Shown piece by piece: positions 27,530-37,782 of a DNA stretch of 64,000 bases. A program made the translations under genes and the position numbers. The stretch's first letter is position 1. Every line of letters starts with the position of its first letter. Under the pieces are notes generated by a model. It worked only from the letters and a program-made list of their open reading frames with translations. It was not told the DNA's origin and ran no database searches. The DNA lies in NCBI GenBank assembly GCA_040217195.1, contig JAVJNR010000006.1, positions 1 to 64,000 on the forward strand, read 5' to 3'. The DNA comes from Leptospiraceae bacterium (lineage in GTDB: Bacteria > Spirochaetota > Leptospiria > Leptospirales > Leptonemataceae).

Positions 27530-28444
27530 ATGAGCAGGTTGGAGATTCTCGTAACCGGAGGGACCGGTTTTATTGGCTCGCACGTTGTTCGCGCTGGACT
27601 GGATAGAGGTCACGGAGTGACCATTCTGTCCCTGGGAGGGTCTGCTAGTAACCCGATCCTGAGCGGTGCTCGGTTTCTCCAATGCGATTTGGCAGACAAA
27701 CAGCAGGTGAAGGATACGGTTTCGCCTCATTCATTTGATTACGTAATCCATCTTGGCGGTTATATTGATCACGCCTCCTTTCGTGAGGGTGGCCGAGAAA
27801 TGATAGATAGTCATTTCTCGGGGCTAATGAACCTTGTTCAGGCCCTTGATTGGTCTCGACTTAAGAGATTCATACAAATCGGTTCAAGCGATGAATACGG
27901 AGATGCAGAGTCTCCTCAGACAGAAGAATCTCCCGTCCACCCTATTTCCTCCTATTCCTTTGCAAAACTAGCAGGTTCTGAATTCCTGCAAATGCTACAC
28001 CGTATTGAGGATTTTCCCGCTGTGATCTTGCGACTCTTTTTAGTCTATGGGCCAGGTCAGGACAATCGTCGCTTCATTCCTCAAATTATCCACGGATGCT
28101 TGAAAGATCAGACATTCCCCGCATCTGAAGGGCACCAGATCAGAGATTTTTGTTACGTAGGCGACGTCGTCCGAGGTATCTTTGCGGCTATGGATTGCGA
28201 GAAAGCAAACGGAAAAATTATCAATCTCGCTTCCGGAGTACCCGTTCGAATTCGCGATGTCGTCGAAAAAGTGCAAAAAACAGTAGGAATGGGAAACCCT
28301 CAGTATGGAAAGATAGCATATCGAGAGGGAGAAAATATGAGTTTGTACGCCGACACAACCAGAGCTCGGGAATTGCTCGGTTGGGTACCGACAGAAGGTT
28401 TATCGTCCGGGCTGAAAAAGACCATTGATTCCTACCGGGACTAA
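27530..28444 (+). CDS. NAD-dependent epimerase/reductase (extended SDR), probable CDP-4-keto-6-deoxyhexose reductase
   Basis: TGGTGFIG, GSSDEYG, YSFAK, VYGPGQ, RDFCYV. Confidence 0.85.
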   Translation: MSRLEILVTGGTGFIGSHVVRAGLDRGHGVTILSLGGSASNPILSGARFLQCDLADKQQVKDTVSPHSFDYVIHLGGYIDHASFREGGREMIDSHFSGLMNLVQALDWSRLKRFIQIGSSDEYGDAESPQTEESPVHPISSYSFAKLAGSEFLQMLHRIEDFPAVILRLFLVYGPGQDNRRFIPQIIHGCLKDQTFPASEGHQIRDFCYVGDVVRGIFAAMDCEKANGKIINLASGVPVRIRDVVEKVQKTVGMGNPQYGKIAYREGENMSLYADTTRARELLGWVPTEGLSSGLKKTIDSYRD

Positions 28445-28620
28445 CAATTCTACCGCTCCCAGTTCAAATCATTGGCGAAGATTGTTTCCCTATCCGTATC
28501 CGTTGGTCAACAGGGAAGTTAATACGGAATTTTATAGGCGGCCTTTGATAAGCCTTTCTATCCAGGAATCTGGTATTGCTTATCTCACAATGTACGGGTT
28601 GTGTCCGGCTAAATGCAGAA

Positions 28621-29493
28621 ATGAAACCTGAAATAAGCGTCATTGTAAATTGCTATAACGGAGAGCGCTACCTTAAGGAAGCCATAGATTCGATTCTGGT
28701 CCAGTCCTATAAGGATTTGGAGCTGATTTTCTGGGATAACCAGTCCTCGGATGCTAGCGCCAGCATTATCAAAAGTTACTCCGATCCACGGATTCGTTAT
28801 ATTCTTGCTCCCCGGCATACCATTTTAGGCGAAGCCAGAAAGCTCGCACTGGAGGAGGCAAGGGGTAACTGGGTAGCGTTCCTGGATACAGATGACACCT
28901 GGGATCCGAGTAAGTTAGAGCGCCAGATAGATATTATCAAAAACTCCAATGAAGACCTGGGCTTCGTATATGGCAGGGCGGAGATATACTTTGAGGATAA
29001 CCCCGGTCGTAGTTTCATATTCAAGAAAGGAAGGACTCTGCCGGAGGGGCGCATCTTTGACTCTCTCTGTCGCGATGATTACATACCCTTTCTTTCCGGT
29101 CTTGTGAATCGAAAGAAGCTAATGGACTCCGGGGGGCTTTCAGAGCGATATAAGCATTCGATCGATTATTTTATGTACCTCAACCTGGCTCATAGGTACC
29201 CCGTTCGCGCTGTTCAAGACGTTTGCTGTCGCTATCGAGTCCATAGTAGTAATTTAACTCATGTGCAGAAATTTGATGGAATCTTTGAAGCTATTGAAAT
29301 AGTGTCTGCTTTTCTGCCAGCAAACAGTGCAAAGGTGGGGATTCGGTACCATTACGCGAACTTGGTGATGGCCAAAATAAGAGCAGGGAGTCTGGGAGGC
29401 GCATTTTGGACAATGCTAAAGAGCCGATGCTCATGGATTGTAGTCAGGAAAATTATCTATGGCTTTTATGATCGAATCATTCGTAGATTTTAG
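28621..29493 (+). CDS. Glycosyltransferase family 2
   Basis: ISVIVNCYNGERYL, WDNQSSD, AFLDTDD, YRVH. Confidence 0.9.
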   Translation: MKPEISVIVNCYNGERYLKEAIDSILVQSYKDLELIFWDNQSSDASASIIKSYSDPRIRYILAPRHTILGEARKLALEEARGNWVAFLDTDDTWDPSKLERQIDIIKNSNEDLGFVYGRAEIYFEDNPGRSFIFKKGRTLPEGRIFDSLCRDDYIPFLSGLVNRKKLMDSGGLSERYKHSIDYFMYLNLAHRYPVRAVQDVCCRYRVHSSNLTHVQKFDGIFEAIEIVSAFLPANSAKVGIRYHYANLVMAKIRAGSLGGAFWTMLKSRCSWIVVRKIIYGFYDRIIRRF

Positions 29494-29541
29494 ATCGTTG
29501 ATAAATGGAAACTGAACCTCGACAAATGAGTGGAGTAGATT

Positions 29542-30678
29542 TTGATTCTGGGTATTGACGCTTCCAACATTCGTGGAGGGGGAGGGGTTACTCATTTGCG
29601 AGAGCTCCTCCGGCATGCCCATCCGGAGAAACACGGCTTTGACGAGGTCATCGTCTGGGGCGGAAGGCGAACCCTGGATCAACTAGAAGCTCGCGCCTGG
29701 ATGCAAAAAAAGCATGAGCCTCTTTTGGATGGCAACCTGATTTTTCGTACCTACTGGCAATACTTTTATTTGAAGCGAAGAATAAGTGACTCTTCGGTGG
29801 ACGTCGTTTTCTTTCCCGGCGGTCTGATCCGACCATCCTCTGGTCCCTTTGTGTCAATGAGTCAAAATTTGCTTCCCTTTGAGCCAGAAGAAATGGCCAG
29901 GTATCCTCTGGGGCTCTCGCGGTTACGATTGAATCTTCTTCGACGGCAGCAGCTCAACGCTTTCAGGAAATCCAGGGGGGTCATCTTTCTCTCCAACTAT
30001 GCCAGGGACCGTGCGCTCGGCTACATGGAGGCTCCCTCCTTTAGGACGGCGGTTATTCCACATGGAATAGATCAGAAATTCTTTTCAGCTCCAAAGATTC
30101 AGAGAGAAGTCTCCGTGGGCAGTGGAGAGGTATTCAACCTGTTGTATGTTTCCTTTGTGGGGGAGTATAAACACCAGTGGAACCTGGTCAGGGCCGTGCG
30201 CACTCTGCGGGGGCGAGGATATCCTTTACATCTGACCCTTGTGGGAGCCTGGAATGATTCAGGCGCCATTCAAAAACTTCAGGCTGCACTTGACGAAGAC
30301 CCAGATTACTCCCGCTATATAACAATTCTTAAGGACGTTGAATACAATCATGTGCAAGAAGTTTATCGGCAGTCGGACCTTTTCCTATTCCTTTCATCCT
30401 GCGAAACCTTTGGGCAGATCCTAACAGAGGCGATGGCCAACGGTCTGCCGGTATTGTGTTCCAAAATGTCTTCCCTTCCTGAGATTGGGAGCTCGGCGGT
30501 CGATTACATCAATCCTCTTTCCGAAAGGGACGTAGCCGAAAAGTTGGAAAGGACTCTACTCGATAGAAATCGAAGGCAGGAGCTTTCGCAGTTGGCATAT
30601 AGTAGGGCCAGTCAATATGATTGGTCTGCTACTGCCACTGCTACTTTTGAGTTCTTCAGAGATGCCATAGGGAAATGA
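29542..30678 (+). CDS. Glycosyltransferase family 4
   Basis: GGGGVT, IPHG, YKHQ, ETFGQILTEAMANGLPV (EX7E). Confidence 0.9.
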   Translation: MILGIDASNIRGGGGVTHLRELLRHAHPEKHGFDEVIVWGGRRTLDQLEARAWMQKKHEPLLDGNLIFRTYWQYFYLKRRISDSSVDVVFFPGGLIRPSSGPFVSMSQNLLPFEPEEMARYPLGLSRLRLNLLRRQQLNAFRKSRGVIFLSNYARDRALGYMEAPSFRTAVIPHGIDQKFFSAPKIQREVSVGSGEVFNLLYVSFVGEYKHQWNLVRAVRTLRGRGYPLHLTLVGAWNDSGAIQKLQAALDEDPDYSRYITILKDVEYNHVQEVYRQSDLFLFLSSCETFGQILTEAMANGLPVLCSKMSSLPEIGSSAVDYINPLSERDVAEKLERTLLDRNRRQELSQLAYSRASQYDWSATATATFEFFRDAIGK

Positions 30679-30679
30679 A

Positions 30680-31501
30680 ATGAAAAATAGATATACCGAA
30701 ACAATTTGCAATGCTCTGGAGCAGAATAAGGCGGCGCTGAAAAAGCAATTTCAGGAATCCATTTCTGAGTGTGGGGTTCGTTTCTGCTTCTTGGATGGTT
30801 TGCTGCCTGAAGAGTCTGCTCTGGAAATATACCATGCTTTTCCGGCCGCGGATCGAATGCGCTTCATGAACTCAACGAAGGAGCAGAAATATACATCCAA
30901 AGACTTTGACGGTTTTAATCTGATACTTAAAGAGATTACATTTGCTATTCAAAGTCCTGAGGTGATTCGCATCATCGAAGAGATTACAGGCATTCCGGAC
31001 CAGGAAGCAGATGAGACTCTATACGCCGGGGGGCTGAGCCTCATGAGCCAGGGTAATTTCCTTAATCCTCATATTGATAACTCTCATGACATGAGTCGAC
31101 AAAGATATAGGACTCTTAATCTATTATACTACACTACCCCGCATTGGAAAGTTGAAAATGGCGGAAACCTCGAGCTGTGGGATAGATCGGTAAAGAACAA
31201 TGTAGTTATTCATTCCCGGTTCAACCGGCTGGTGCTTATGGAAACGAATCCGTGGTCCTGGCATTCAGTCAGCAAGGTTTCTGCGGAGGGACAGAGAACC
31301 TGTGTTTCGAACTATTACTTTAGCCGGTATTCCCCCATTGGCAAGGATTACTTTAATGTGACCAGTTTTCAGGGGCGGCCTGACGAAACTTTCCGGCGGT
31401 TGTTCTTGCCTGTGGAAAACAGGCTTAGAAACCTCATTCGGAAGGTCAAAAAAGAGGGATTCGGAAAAAAGGACGTGTACCGAGGAGGCAAAGCTCCCTG
31501 A
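30680..31501 (+). CDS. 2OG-Fe(II) oxygenase
   Basis: HxD (PHIDNSHD), GGNLELW, distal His (SWHSV), RTCVSNYY. Confidence 0.85.
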   Translation: MKNRYTETICNALEQNKAALKKQFQESISECGVRFCFLDGLLPEESALEIYHAFPAADRMRFMNSTKEQKYTSKDFDGFNLILKEITFAIQSPEVIRIIEEITGIPDQEADETLYAGGLSLMSQGNFLNPHIDNSHDMSRQRYRTLNLLYYTTPHWKVENGGNLELWDRSVKNNVVIHSRFNRLVLMETNPWSWHSVSKVSAEGQRTCVSNYYFSRYSPIGKDYFNVTSFQGRPDETFRRLFLPVENRLRNLIRKVKKEGFGKKDVYRGGKAP

Positions 31502-31570
31502 GCGACTGCCCGGCAAGAGAAATGAAATACGCAATTTTGATACACAATAGGTTTGCTCGGATCTGAATAT

Positions 31571-32455
31571 ATGAAGGAGCGGATATTAATCCTTGGCGCT
31601 TCTGGAATGCTCGGAAGCAGTCTCGTCAGATATTTCCATCAGAACGAGTATCCATGTTTCGGTACGATCCGCAGCGAATCCTGGAAGCGCTATTTCTCCA
31701 ATTCGATGCATGATAGCCTTATTGACGGGATCAATGTTTTGACCGAGGATGATCTGCTTCGGGCCTTCAAAAAATCTCGCCCTGACCTGGTCATCAATTG
31801 CATTGGCATTATCAAGCAGCAATCTGCAGCACATGAACCAATGCAGGCGATTCCAATCAATGCATGGTTGCCCCACAGGTTATCTGCTATTTGTGATCTT
31901 CTTGGCTCCAGACTAATACAAATCAGCACAGATTGCGTTTTTAGAGGGGATCGCGGAGGCTATTCGGAACAGGATCATCCGGATGCAACCGACCTTTACG
32001 GGAAAACCAAGGAACTGGGAGAAGTCTCTGAATCAAGCAATGCGATTACCTTGCGAACATCCATAATCGGCCATGAACTCGCTTCGAATTACAGTCTTGT
32101 GGACTGGTTCCTTTCACAGTCAAATACCGTGCAGGGCTATACCAGAGCAATGTACTCGGGCTTTCCTACCATAGAATTGGCCGAAATAATTCGAAATCAT
32201 ATAATTCCGCGATCAGAACTAAATGGGCTCTATCATGTTTCCTCAGAGCCTATATCCAAATTTGAGCTGCTAAAGCTCATTGCCGCGCGATACAAGCATG
32301 AAATTGATATTGTACCGGAGAGTAGTACCGAAATAAATCGGGTATTATTATCTGATCAGTTCCGAACCATCGCCGAATATACTCCGCCGAGCTGGACGGA
32401 CCTGGTTGATAAGATGTATCGGTTTCGATATGATGGAAAACCCAATGTTCAATAA
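31571..32455 (+). CDS. RmlD-like reductase (QnlA-type, UDP-4-keto-6-deoxy-HexNAc reductase)
   Basis: GASGMLG, INCIGIIKQ, ISTDCVF, YGKTK, LRTSIIG; directly before fnlA. Confidence 0.85.
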   Translation: MKERILILGASGMLGSSLVRYFHQNEYPCFGTIRSESWKRYFSNSMHDSLIDGINVLTEDDLLRAFKKSRPDLVINCIGIIKQQSAAHEPMQAIPINAWLPHRLSAICDLLGSRLIQISTDCVFRGDRGGYSEQDHPDATDLYGKTKELGEVSESSNAITLRTSIIGHELASNYSLVDWFLSQSNTVQGYTRAMYSGFPTIELAEIIRNHIIPRSELNGLYHVSSEPISKFELLKLIAARYKHEIDIVPESSTEINRVLLSDQFRTIAEYTPPSWTDLVDKMYRFRYDGKPNVQ

Positions 32456-33461
32456 TAAAGTCTTAATGATAACCGGAGGGACCGGTTCCTTCGGCAACGC
32501 TGTATTGAAGCGTTTTCTGGATACGGATGTGAAAGAGATCCGAATTCTCAGTCGTGATGAGAAAAAGCAGGAAGATATGCGAATCGACCTGGCAAGCGAT
32601 CGTGTGAAATTCTACATAGGGGATGTCCGCGACTATAAAAGCGTGATGCAACCCATGCTTGGTGTGGATTACATATTTCATGCTGCGGCATTGAAACAGG
32701 TACCCTCATGCGAATTCTTTCCCATGGAAGCTGTAAAAACTAATGTGCTTGGCACGGAAAATGTTCTTTCTGCAGCACGGGAAACTGGCGTAAAAAAAGT
32801 AATTGTTCTGAGTACAGATAAAGCAGTGTATCCCATTAATGCTATGGGCCTTTCCAAGGCTATGGCGGAAAAGATTGTAGTGGCGAAATCCCGTGACCTC
32901 GGCCAACTGGAAGAGCCTCCTGTATTCTGCGCTACGCGATATGGTAACGTCATGGCTTCTCGTGGGTCGGTCATTCCATTGTTTATCAATCAGATCAAGG
33001 CTGGAAAACCTCTCACAGTAACGGATCCAGAGATGACTCGCTTCCTGATGTCGCTGGAAGACTCTGTGGACCTTGTTCTTTATGCATTCGAAAATGCGAA
33101 GCCTGGAGATCTATTCATTCAGAAAGCACCGGCCTGTACTTTGCAGGACCTGGCTTTGGCGCTGAAAGAGATTTTCAAATCTGAAGTGCCGGTAAATATT
33201 ATCGGAACCCGACACGGTGAGAAGCTTTACGAATCGCTGGTTTCAAGAGAAGAGATGGCTCGTTCCGAAGATATGGGTCGATATTATCGAATCCCGGCCG
33301 ACAATCGAGATTTGAACTATAATAAGTACTTTTCCGAAGGGGAGCAAGAGATCTCCGGGCTGGAAGACTATACGTCCCATAACACGGATCGCCTAGATGT
33401 ATCCGGAGTGAAGGAGTTGCTCCTTAAATTGGATTACGTACAACAGGAACTTAATGTTTAA
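32445..33461 (+). CDS. fnlA: UDP-GlcNAc 4,6-dehydratase/5-epimerase (FnlA/CapE/WbjB)
   Basis: TGGTGSFG, SRDEKKQ, AALKQVPSCEFFP, STDKAVYPINAMG, RYGNVMASRGSVIP, YTSHNT. Confidence 0.92.
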   Translation: MFNNKVLMITGGTGSFGNAVLKRFLDTDVKEIRILSRDEKKQEDMRIDLASDRVKFYIGDVRDYKSVMQPMLGVDYIFHAAALKQVPSCEFFPMEAVKTNVLGTENVLSAARETGVKKVIVLSTDKAVYPINAMGLSKAMAEKIVVAKSRDLGQLEEPPVFCATRYGNVMASRGSVIPLFINQIKAGKPLTVTDPEMTRFLMSLEDSVDLVLYAFENAKPGDLFIQKAPACTLQDLALALKEIFKSEVPVNIIGTRHGEKLYESLVSREEMARSEDMGRYYRIPADNRDLNYNKYFSEGEQEISGLEDYTSHNTDRLDVSGVKELLLKLDYVQQELNV

Positions 33462-34578
33462 GATAGTAACCTTTGTGGGCACCCGGCCTGAGATCATCAA
33501 AATGAGTCGGGTAATTGCAGAATTTGACAGGCATACAAATCATGTTCTGGTGCATACAGGCCAGAACTATGATTACGAGTTGAACCAGGTGTTTTTCGAC
33601 GAACTGGAAATTCGAAAACCGGATCACTTTCTAGAGGCAGCCGGCGAAACAGCATCTCAAACCATTGGCAGAGTGATAGAGAAGGCAGAGCAGGTTTTGC
33701 TACACGAACAACCAGATGCCGTGGCTTTATATGGAGATACGAACAGCTGCATGGCCGTGGTGCCCGCAAAAAGGCTTAAGATTCCTGTGTTTCATATGGA
33801 AGCCGGAAATCGTTGCTTTGATCAAAGGGTCCCGGAAGAGCTGAATCGTAAGGTAATTGATCATCTAAGCGACATCAACATGGTTTTGACCGAGCATGCG
33901 CGCAGGTACCTGATAGCCGAAGGACTTCGTCCGGAAACTATTTTTAAAACCGGTTCGCATATGGAAGAAGTGCTCAGTCATTATTCTGATAAGATTGAAA
34001 GCAGCAATGTTCTTGAATCGGAGGGCTTGAGACCCGGCGAATACTTCCTGGTAAGTTTACATCGCGAAGAAAATGTGGATTCACCTGAGAATTTGAAGAT
34101 GGTAATGGAGTCTTTGCTCGGCCTCGTGGAGAAGTTTCAAAAGCCGGCTGTAATCTCCACTCATCCGCGGACTCGCAAGAGACTCCAGGAGTTCGGTGTA
34201 GTCACCGACAATCCTATGCTCCGTTTTGTGAAACCGTTTGGATTTCTGGGCTACATTAAACTTCAAAAATCGGCTTATTGCACTCTTTCTGATAGCGGTA
34301 CCATCACAGAAGAGTCCGCATTGCTCGGATTTCCAGCTGTAATGATTCGCAATGCCCATGAGCGACCTGAGGGCATGGACTCAGGCACACTTATCATGTC
34401 AGGCCTGGAAAAAGAAAGAATTCTTCAGGCCGTCGAGGTGGTCTGCAGTGAGCAGAAGGCGGGTTTCGTAGCCAAACCTGTGGCTGACTACGCCGGAGGT
34501 GGGGTTTCGTCTCAGGTTTTGAGGATAGTGCTCAGTTATACTGGCTATGTAAACCGAACAGTCTGGCGTAAGAATTAA
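33454..34578 (+). CDS. UDP-HexNAc 2-epimerase, non-hydrolysing (FnlC/QnlB/WbjD-type)
   Basis: GTRPEIIK, HTGQNYD, GDTNS, HMEAGNRCFD, SDSGT, ERPEG. Confidence 0.92.
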   Translation: MFKIVTFVGTRPEIIKMSRVIAEFDRHTNHVLVHTGQNYDYELNQVFFDELEIRKPDHFLEAAGETASQTIGRVIEKAEQVLLHEQPDAVALYGDTNSCMAVVPAKRLKIPVFHMEAGNRCFDQRVPEELNRKVIDHLSDINMVLTEHARRYLIAEGLRPETIFKTGSHMEEVLSHYSDKIESSNVLESEGLRPGEYFLVSLHREENVDSPENLKMVMESLLGLVEKFQKPAVISTHPRTRKRLQEFGVVTDNPMLRFVKPFGFLGYIKLQKSAYCTLSDSGTITEESALLGFPAVMIRNAHERPEGMDSGTLIMSGLEKERILQAVEVVCSEQKAGFVAKPVADYAGGGVSSQVLRIVLSYTGYVNRTVWRKN

Positions 34579-35811
34579 ATGCGAATCTGCATAATCTCTG
34601 ATGACTACATGCCAGACAGTATAAAAAGTGCTGGCCGAATGATGCATGAGCTGGCTCTGGAGTTCAAAAGGCAGGGCCATCAAGTGCTGGTCATCGCACC
34701 TGCAGTGGGGGGGGCTCGAAAGTGGGTCGAAGACGACTACCAGGGCATTCAGGTGGGTCGGTTTCGCTCGGGGCGAATCAAGAATGTGTCCAAGCCGCTT
34801 CGGGCCATCAATGAAATGCTCCTGTCCCGGAAAGCCTATCGGGCCGGAAAGAAAACCCTCAGATCTAATCCTTGCGATGTAATCGTATACTATTCCCCGA
34901 CCATTTTCTTTGGCTCTCTGGTGGCTCGATTGAAGAAGCTCTGGAATGCGAAGAGCTTTTTGATTTTGCGGGATATCTTCCCCCAATGGGTGGTGGATCA
35001 TGGCATGCTGTCTGCGAACTCCCCGATTATTCGTCTATTTCGCATTTATGAGAGAATTAACTATCGAGCAGCGGATGTAATAGGCCTGCAGTCTCCGGCT
35101 AATCTGGAATATTTCAAATCTTACTATCCAGATTTTGGCTTTTGCACTGTGCTCTTTAACTGGTCCGCTCCAGTAAACCTGAGCAGGGATATCCGGTGGC
35201 GAAAGAAATTCGGGCTTGAGGATCGAACTATCTTTTTCTATGGCGGCAACCTGGGCCATGCCCAGGATATGAATCAGATAATTCGACTGGCCGGCTCAAT
35301 GCAGAAATACTCCGGAGCTCACTTCTTGCTTGTGGGTGCTGGAGATGAAGTCCCATTAATAAAGCGTTATATCCAGGAATCTGAAATCAAGAATATGACT
35401 TACGTAGAAGCGGTTCCGCAGCAAGAGTTTCAGTCCATTATGGCCGAGACGGACGTTGGGCTGTTCAGTCTTCATCGAAACCATACGACTCATAATTTCC
35501 CCGGAAAGGTGCTGGCCTATCTGGCCCAGGGGCTTCCCATTCTTGGGGCCGTAAACCCTGGCAACGATATTCAGAGTGTAATCAACCGAGCGCAGGCGGG
35601 TCTGGTATGCGAATCCGGAAATGATACGATCCTTCTAAAAAATGCTGTATCTTTATTGGACGCTGCCACCAGAAAATCCATGAGCAAGAATGCATCGAAA
35701 CTTCTACATGGCACTTTCTCCGTGGAGTCTGCAGTAAATCATATCCTTGCCAGCGTGAGCAGGGTAGGAACAAATATGAATGGTGTCTCCGCGGAGGAGG
35801 GGAAAAATTGA
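34579..35811 (+). CDS. Glycosyltransferase family 4 (WbuB/WbwH-like L-FucNAc/L-QuiNAc transferase)
   Basis: DDYMP, YSPTIFF, RDIFPQW, YGGNLGHAQ, NFPGKVLAY. Confidence 0.88.
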   Translation: MRICIISDDYMPDSIKSAGRMMHELALEFKRQGHQVLVIAPAVGGARKWVEDDYQGIQVGRFRSGRIKNVSKPLRAINEMLLSRKAYRAGKKTLRSNPCDVIVYYSPTIFFGSLVARLKKLWNAKSFLILRDIFPQWVVDHGMLSANSPIIRLFRIYERINYRAADVIGLQSPANLEYFKSYYPDFGFCTVLFNWSAPVNLSRDIRWRKKFGLEDRTIFFYGGNLGHAQDMNQIIRLAGSMQKYSGAHFLLVGAGDEVPLIKRYIQESEIKNMTYVEAVPQQEFQSIMAETDVGLFSLHRNHTTHNFPGKVLAYLAQGLPILGAVNPGNDIQSVINRAQAGLVCESGNDTILLKNAVSLLDAATRKSMSKNASKLLHGTFSVESAVNHILASVSRVGTNMNGVSAEEGKN

Positions 35812-36731
35812 AGCCTGTTCTTATAACAGGGGCATCGGGCTTTCTTGGTTCACGCCTTATAGAATTGCTAAAGTCCGATCAGAAGAGCTACCTGACTCTT
35901 TCGCACAAAGATCCGACAGCTCTAACGAAGAAAACTCCTGCCATTTCAAGCGTAATTCATCTGGCTGGCCTGGCTCATCGTATGGATCGGCAGTCCGAAG
36001 GTGACCTGGAGTATTACAGGGAAGCCAATGTCCGGTGGCCCGAGAAAGTCGCTGAGTTAGCAATGGCATCCGGAGCGCATCGCTTTATTTATATTAGCAC
36101 AGTAAAGGTCAACGGCGAGTATACGAATGAGGACCCATTCTCTGCAGGTGATTTGCCAGATCCTCATGGGCCCTATGCGATTTCGAAGTTAGAAGGGGAA
36201 CGTGCTTTATTTGATATTTGCCGTAACCGTATGGAGTTTATCGTAGTGCGTCCACCTCTGATCTATGGGCCCGGCGTTAAGGGAAACCTACTACGGCTAA
36301 TGAGATTGATCAACAAAGGGTTCCCTCTTCCTCTGGGGGCTGCCCGCGGGATTCGTTCTATGATTTCGGCCACGAATCTTTCCGACTTTTTGATCTATTT
36401 GACCGGATTAAAGCGCAGAGTGCCCGAGTCTATTGCTGGACTGTATGACCCAGAAATGGACCCGCTGTATCCGGTTTACTTTCCTTCAGACATCGAAATA
36501 AGCACGGTGGACCTTATCCGATTATTGGCCCGGAATATGAAAAGTAGGGCCTTGCTCGTACCGGTACCACCGATAATATTCAGGCCCACCGGTTTATATG
36601 AACGATTGTTTCGATCTTTGAGTGTGGATTCTCGGGAATGCAGGAACCTGGGCTGGAAAAACCGTGTGACTGCCTCGGAGGCACTGGCAGAAATGGTCCA
36701 GAGTTACCTTTCTCCCCATGCTCAACTCTGA
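35808..36731 (+). CDS. NAD-dependent epimerase/4-reductase (WbpV/WbpK-like)
   Basis: TGASGFLG, HLAGLAH, STVKVNGE, YAISK, RPPLIYGPGVKGN. Confidence 0.85.
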   Translation: MKPVLITGASGFLGSRLIELLKSDQKSYLTLSHKDPTALTKKTPAISSVIHLAGLAHRMDRQSEGDLEYYREANVRWPEKVAELAMASGAHRFIYISTVKVNGEYTNEDPFSAGDLPDPHGPYAISKLEGERALFDICRNRMEFIVVRPPLIYGPGVKGNLLRLMRLINKGFPLPLGAARGIRSMISATNLSDFLIYLTGLKRRVPESIAGLYDPEMDPLYPVYFPSDIEISTVDLIRLLARNMKSRALLVPVPPIIFRPTGLYERLFRSLSVDSRECRNLGWKNRVTASEALAEMVQSYLSPHAQL

Positions 36732-37737
36732 TCTGCTTCAGCTTTGTATTATTCCGCTCACTGCCTTACTATTTGGACTTTTCCTTCGTTTTTTTCCAAA
36801 CACCCTGCTCGACCATCCAAACCAGAGGTCCAGCCACAGAGTGTCCCGCTCAAGGGCCGGTGGACTCTTATTTGGCACCGCCTGGCTACTGGTATCGATT
36901 CTGGGCGCGGCCCTTGGATTGCCTTTAATTGAAACCTTATCTGAGGGGTCCGGTCCAATTCCCATTTGGATTCGGCCAAATAATGCCAGCTCCTGGTGGT
37001 TTCTGCTGGGAGCTGGAATTATCTGGCTTAACGGGCTCCTGGATGACTTTCATCAGTTACCGGCCAGATACCGAATTGTTATGCAGGCCCTGGGGGTTGC
37101 CGCGGGGATCCTGGGCCCGGAGGAGTTTCGAAGCTCCATCAACCCATTTCTGTTAATTCTGATCTGGATTGGTCTCGTCTATTATATCAACGTATTCAAT
37201 TTCATGGATGGCACCGACGGGCTTGCCGCTTCGGAAGGTATCTTTCTGGTGGTAGCAGTTTTCCTTCTAGGATTTGGAGGCCTTGCTTTCCAGCTTCTGG
37301 CCATTGCGGTTACCATTTTTCTGTTCTGGAATCTACCCAGGGCGCGGATGTTTATGGGAGATGCTGGAAGCAATTTACTTGGATACGTAACCGGAATTGC
37401 ATTGCTTCAAGTTTTCATGAGCAGTCCCAATCTGGCTTTCTTACTACCGGTGGCATTCACTGTGGATACAACATTAACACTACTTCTTCGCATGGCCCGT
37501 GGTCAGCCATTCTACGTAGCTCATAAAGAGCATGCCTACCAACACCTGGCAGGCAGATTCGGTCATAGCATTGTGCTTGTGCTCTATTCTTTTTTCAATT
37601 TGATGATATTAGTAATGGGAATCTGGATAAATACTTTAACAGGCGTATTTGTGACCGGTCTGGTAGTGGTGCTGCATATTTTGGCACTGATTGTATTCTA
37701 TATTGCAGGGGCGGGTCGTCCAAGATCGGATTTCTAA
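36718..37737 (+). CDS. MraY/WecA-family initiating phosphoglycosyl transferase (WbpL-like)
   Basis: PNQRSSH, GLLDD, NVFNFMDGTDGLA, FMGDAGS, AHKEHAYQ; multiple TM helices. Confidence 0.9.
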   Translation: MLNSDLLQLCIIPLTALLFGLFLRFFPNTLLDHPNQRSSHRVSRSRAGGLLFGTAWLLVSILGAALGLPLIETLSEGSGPIPIWIRPNNASSWWFLLGAGIIWLNGLLDDFHQLPARYRIVMQALGVAAGILGPEEFRSSINPFLLILIWIGLVYYINVFNFMDGTDGLAASEGIFLVVAVFLLGFGGLAFQLLAIAVTIFLFWNLPRARMFMGDAGSNLLGYVTGIALLQVFMSSPNLAFLLPVAFTVDTTLTLLLRMARGQPFYVAHKEHAYQHLAGRFGHSIVLVLYSFFNLMILVMGIWINTLTGVFVTGLVVVLHILALIVFYIAGAGRPRSDF

Positions 37738-37782
37738 CGGCAAAAGCATGAACAGATTGCATTATCGGTTGTTAATAGAACA

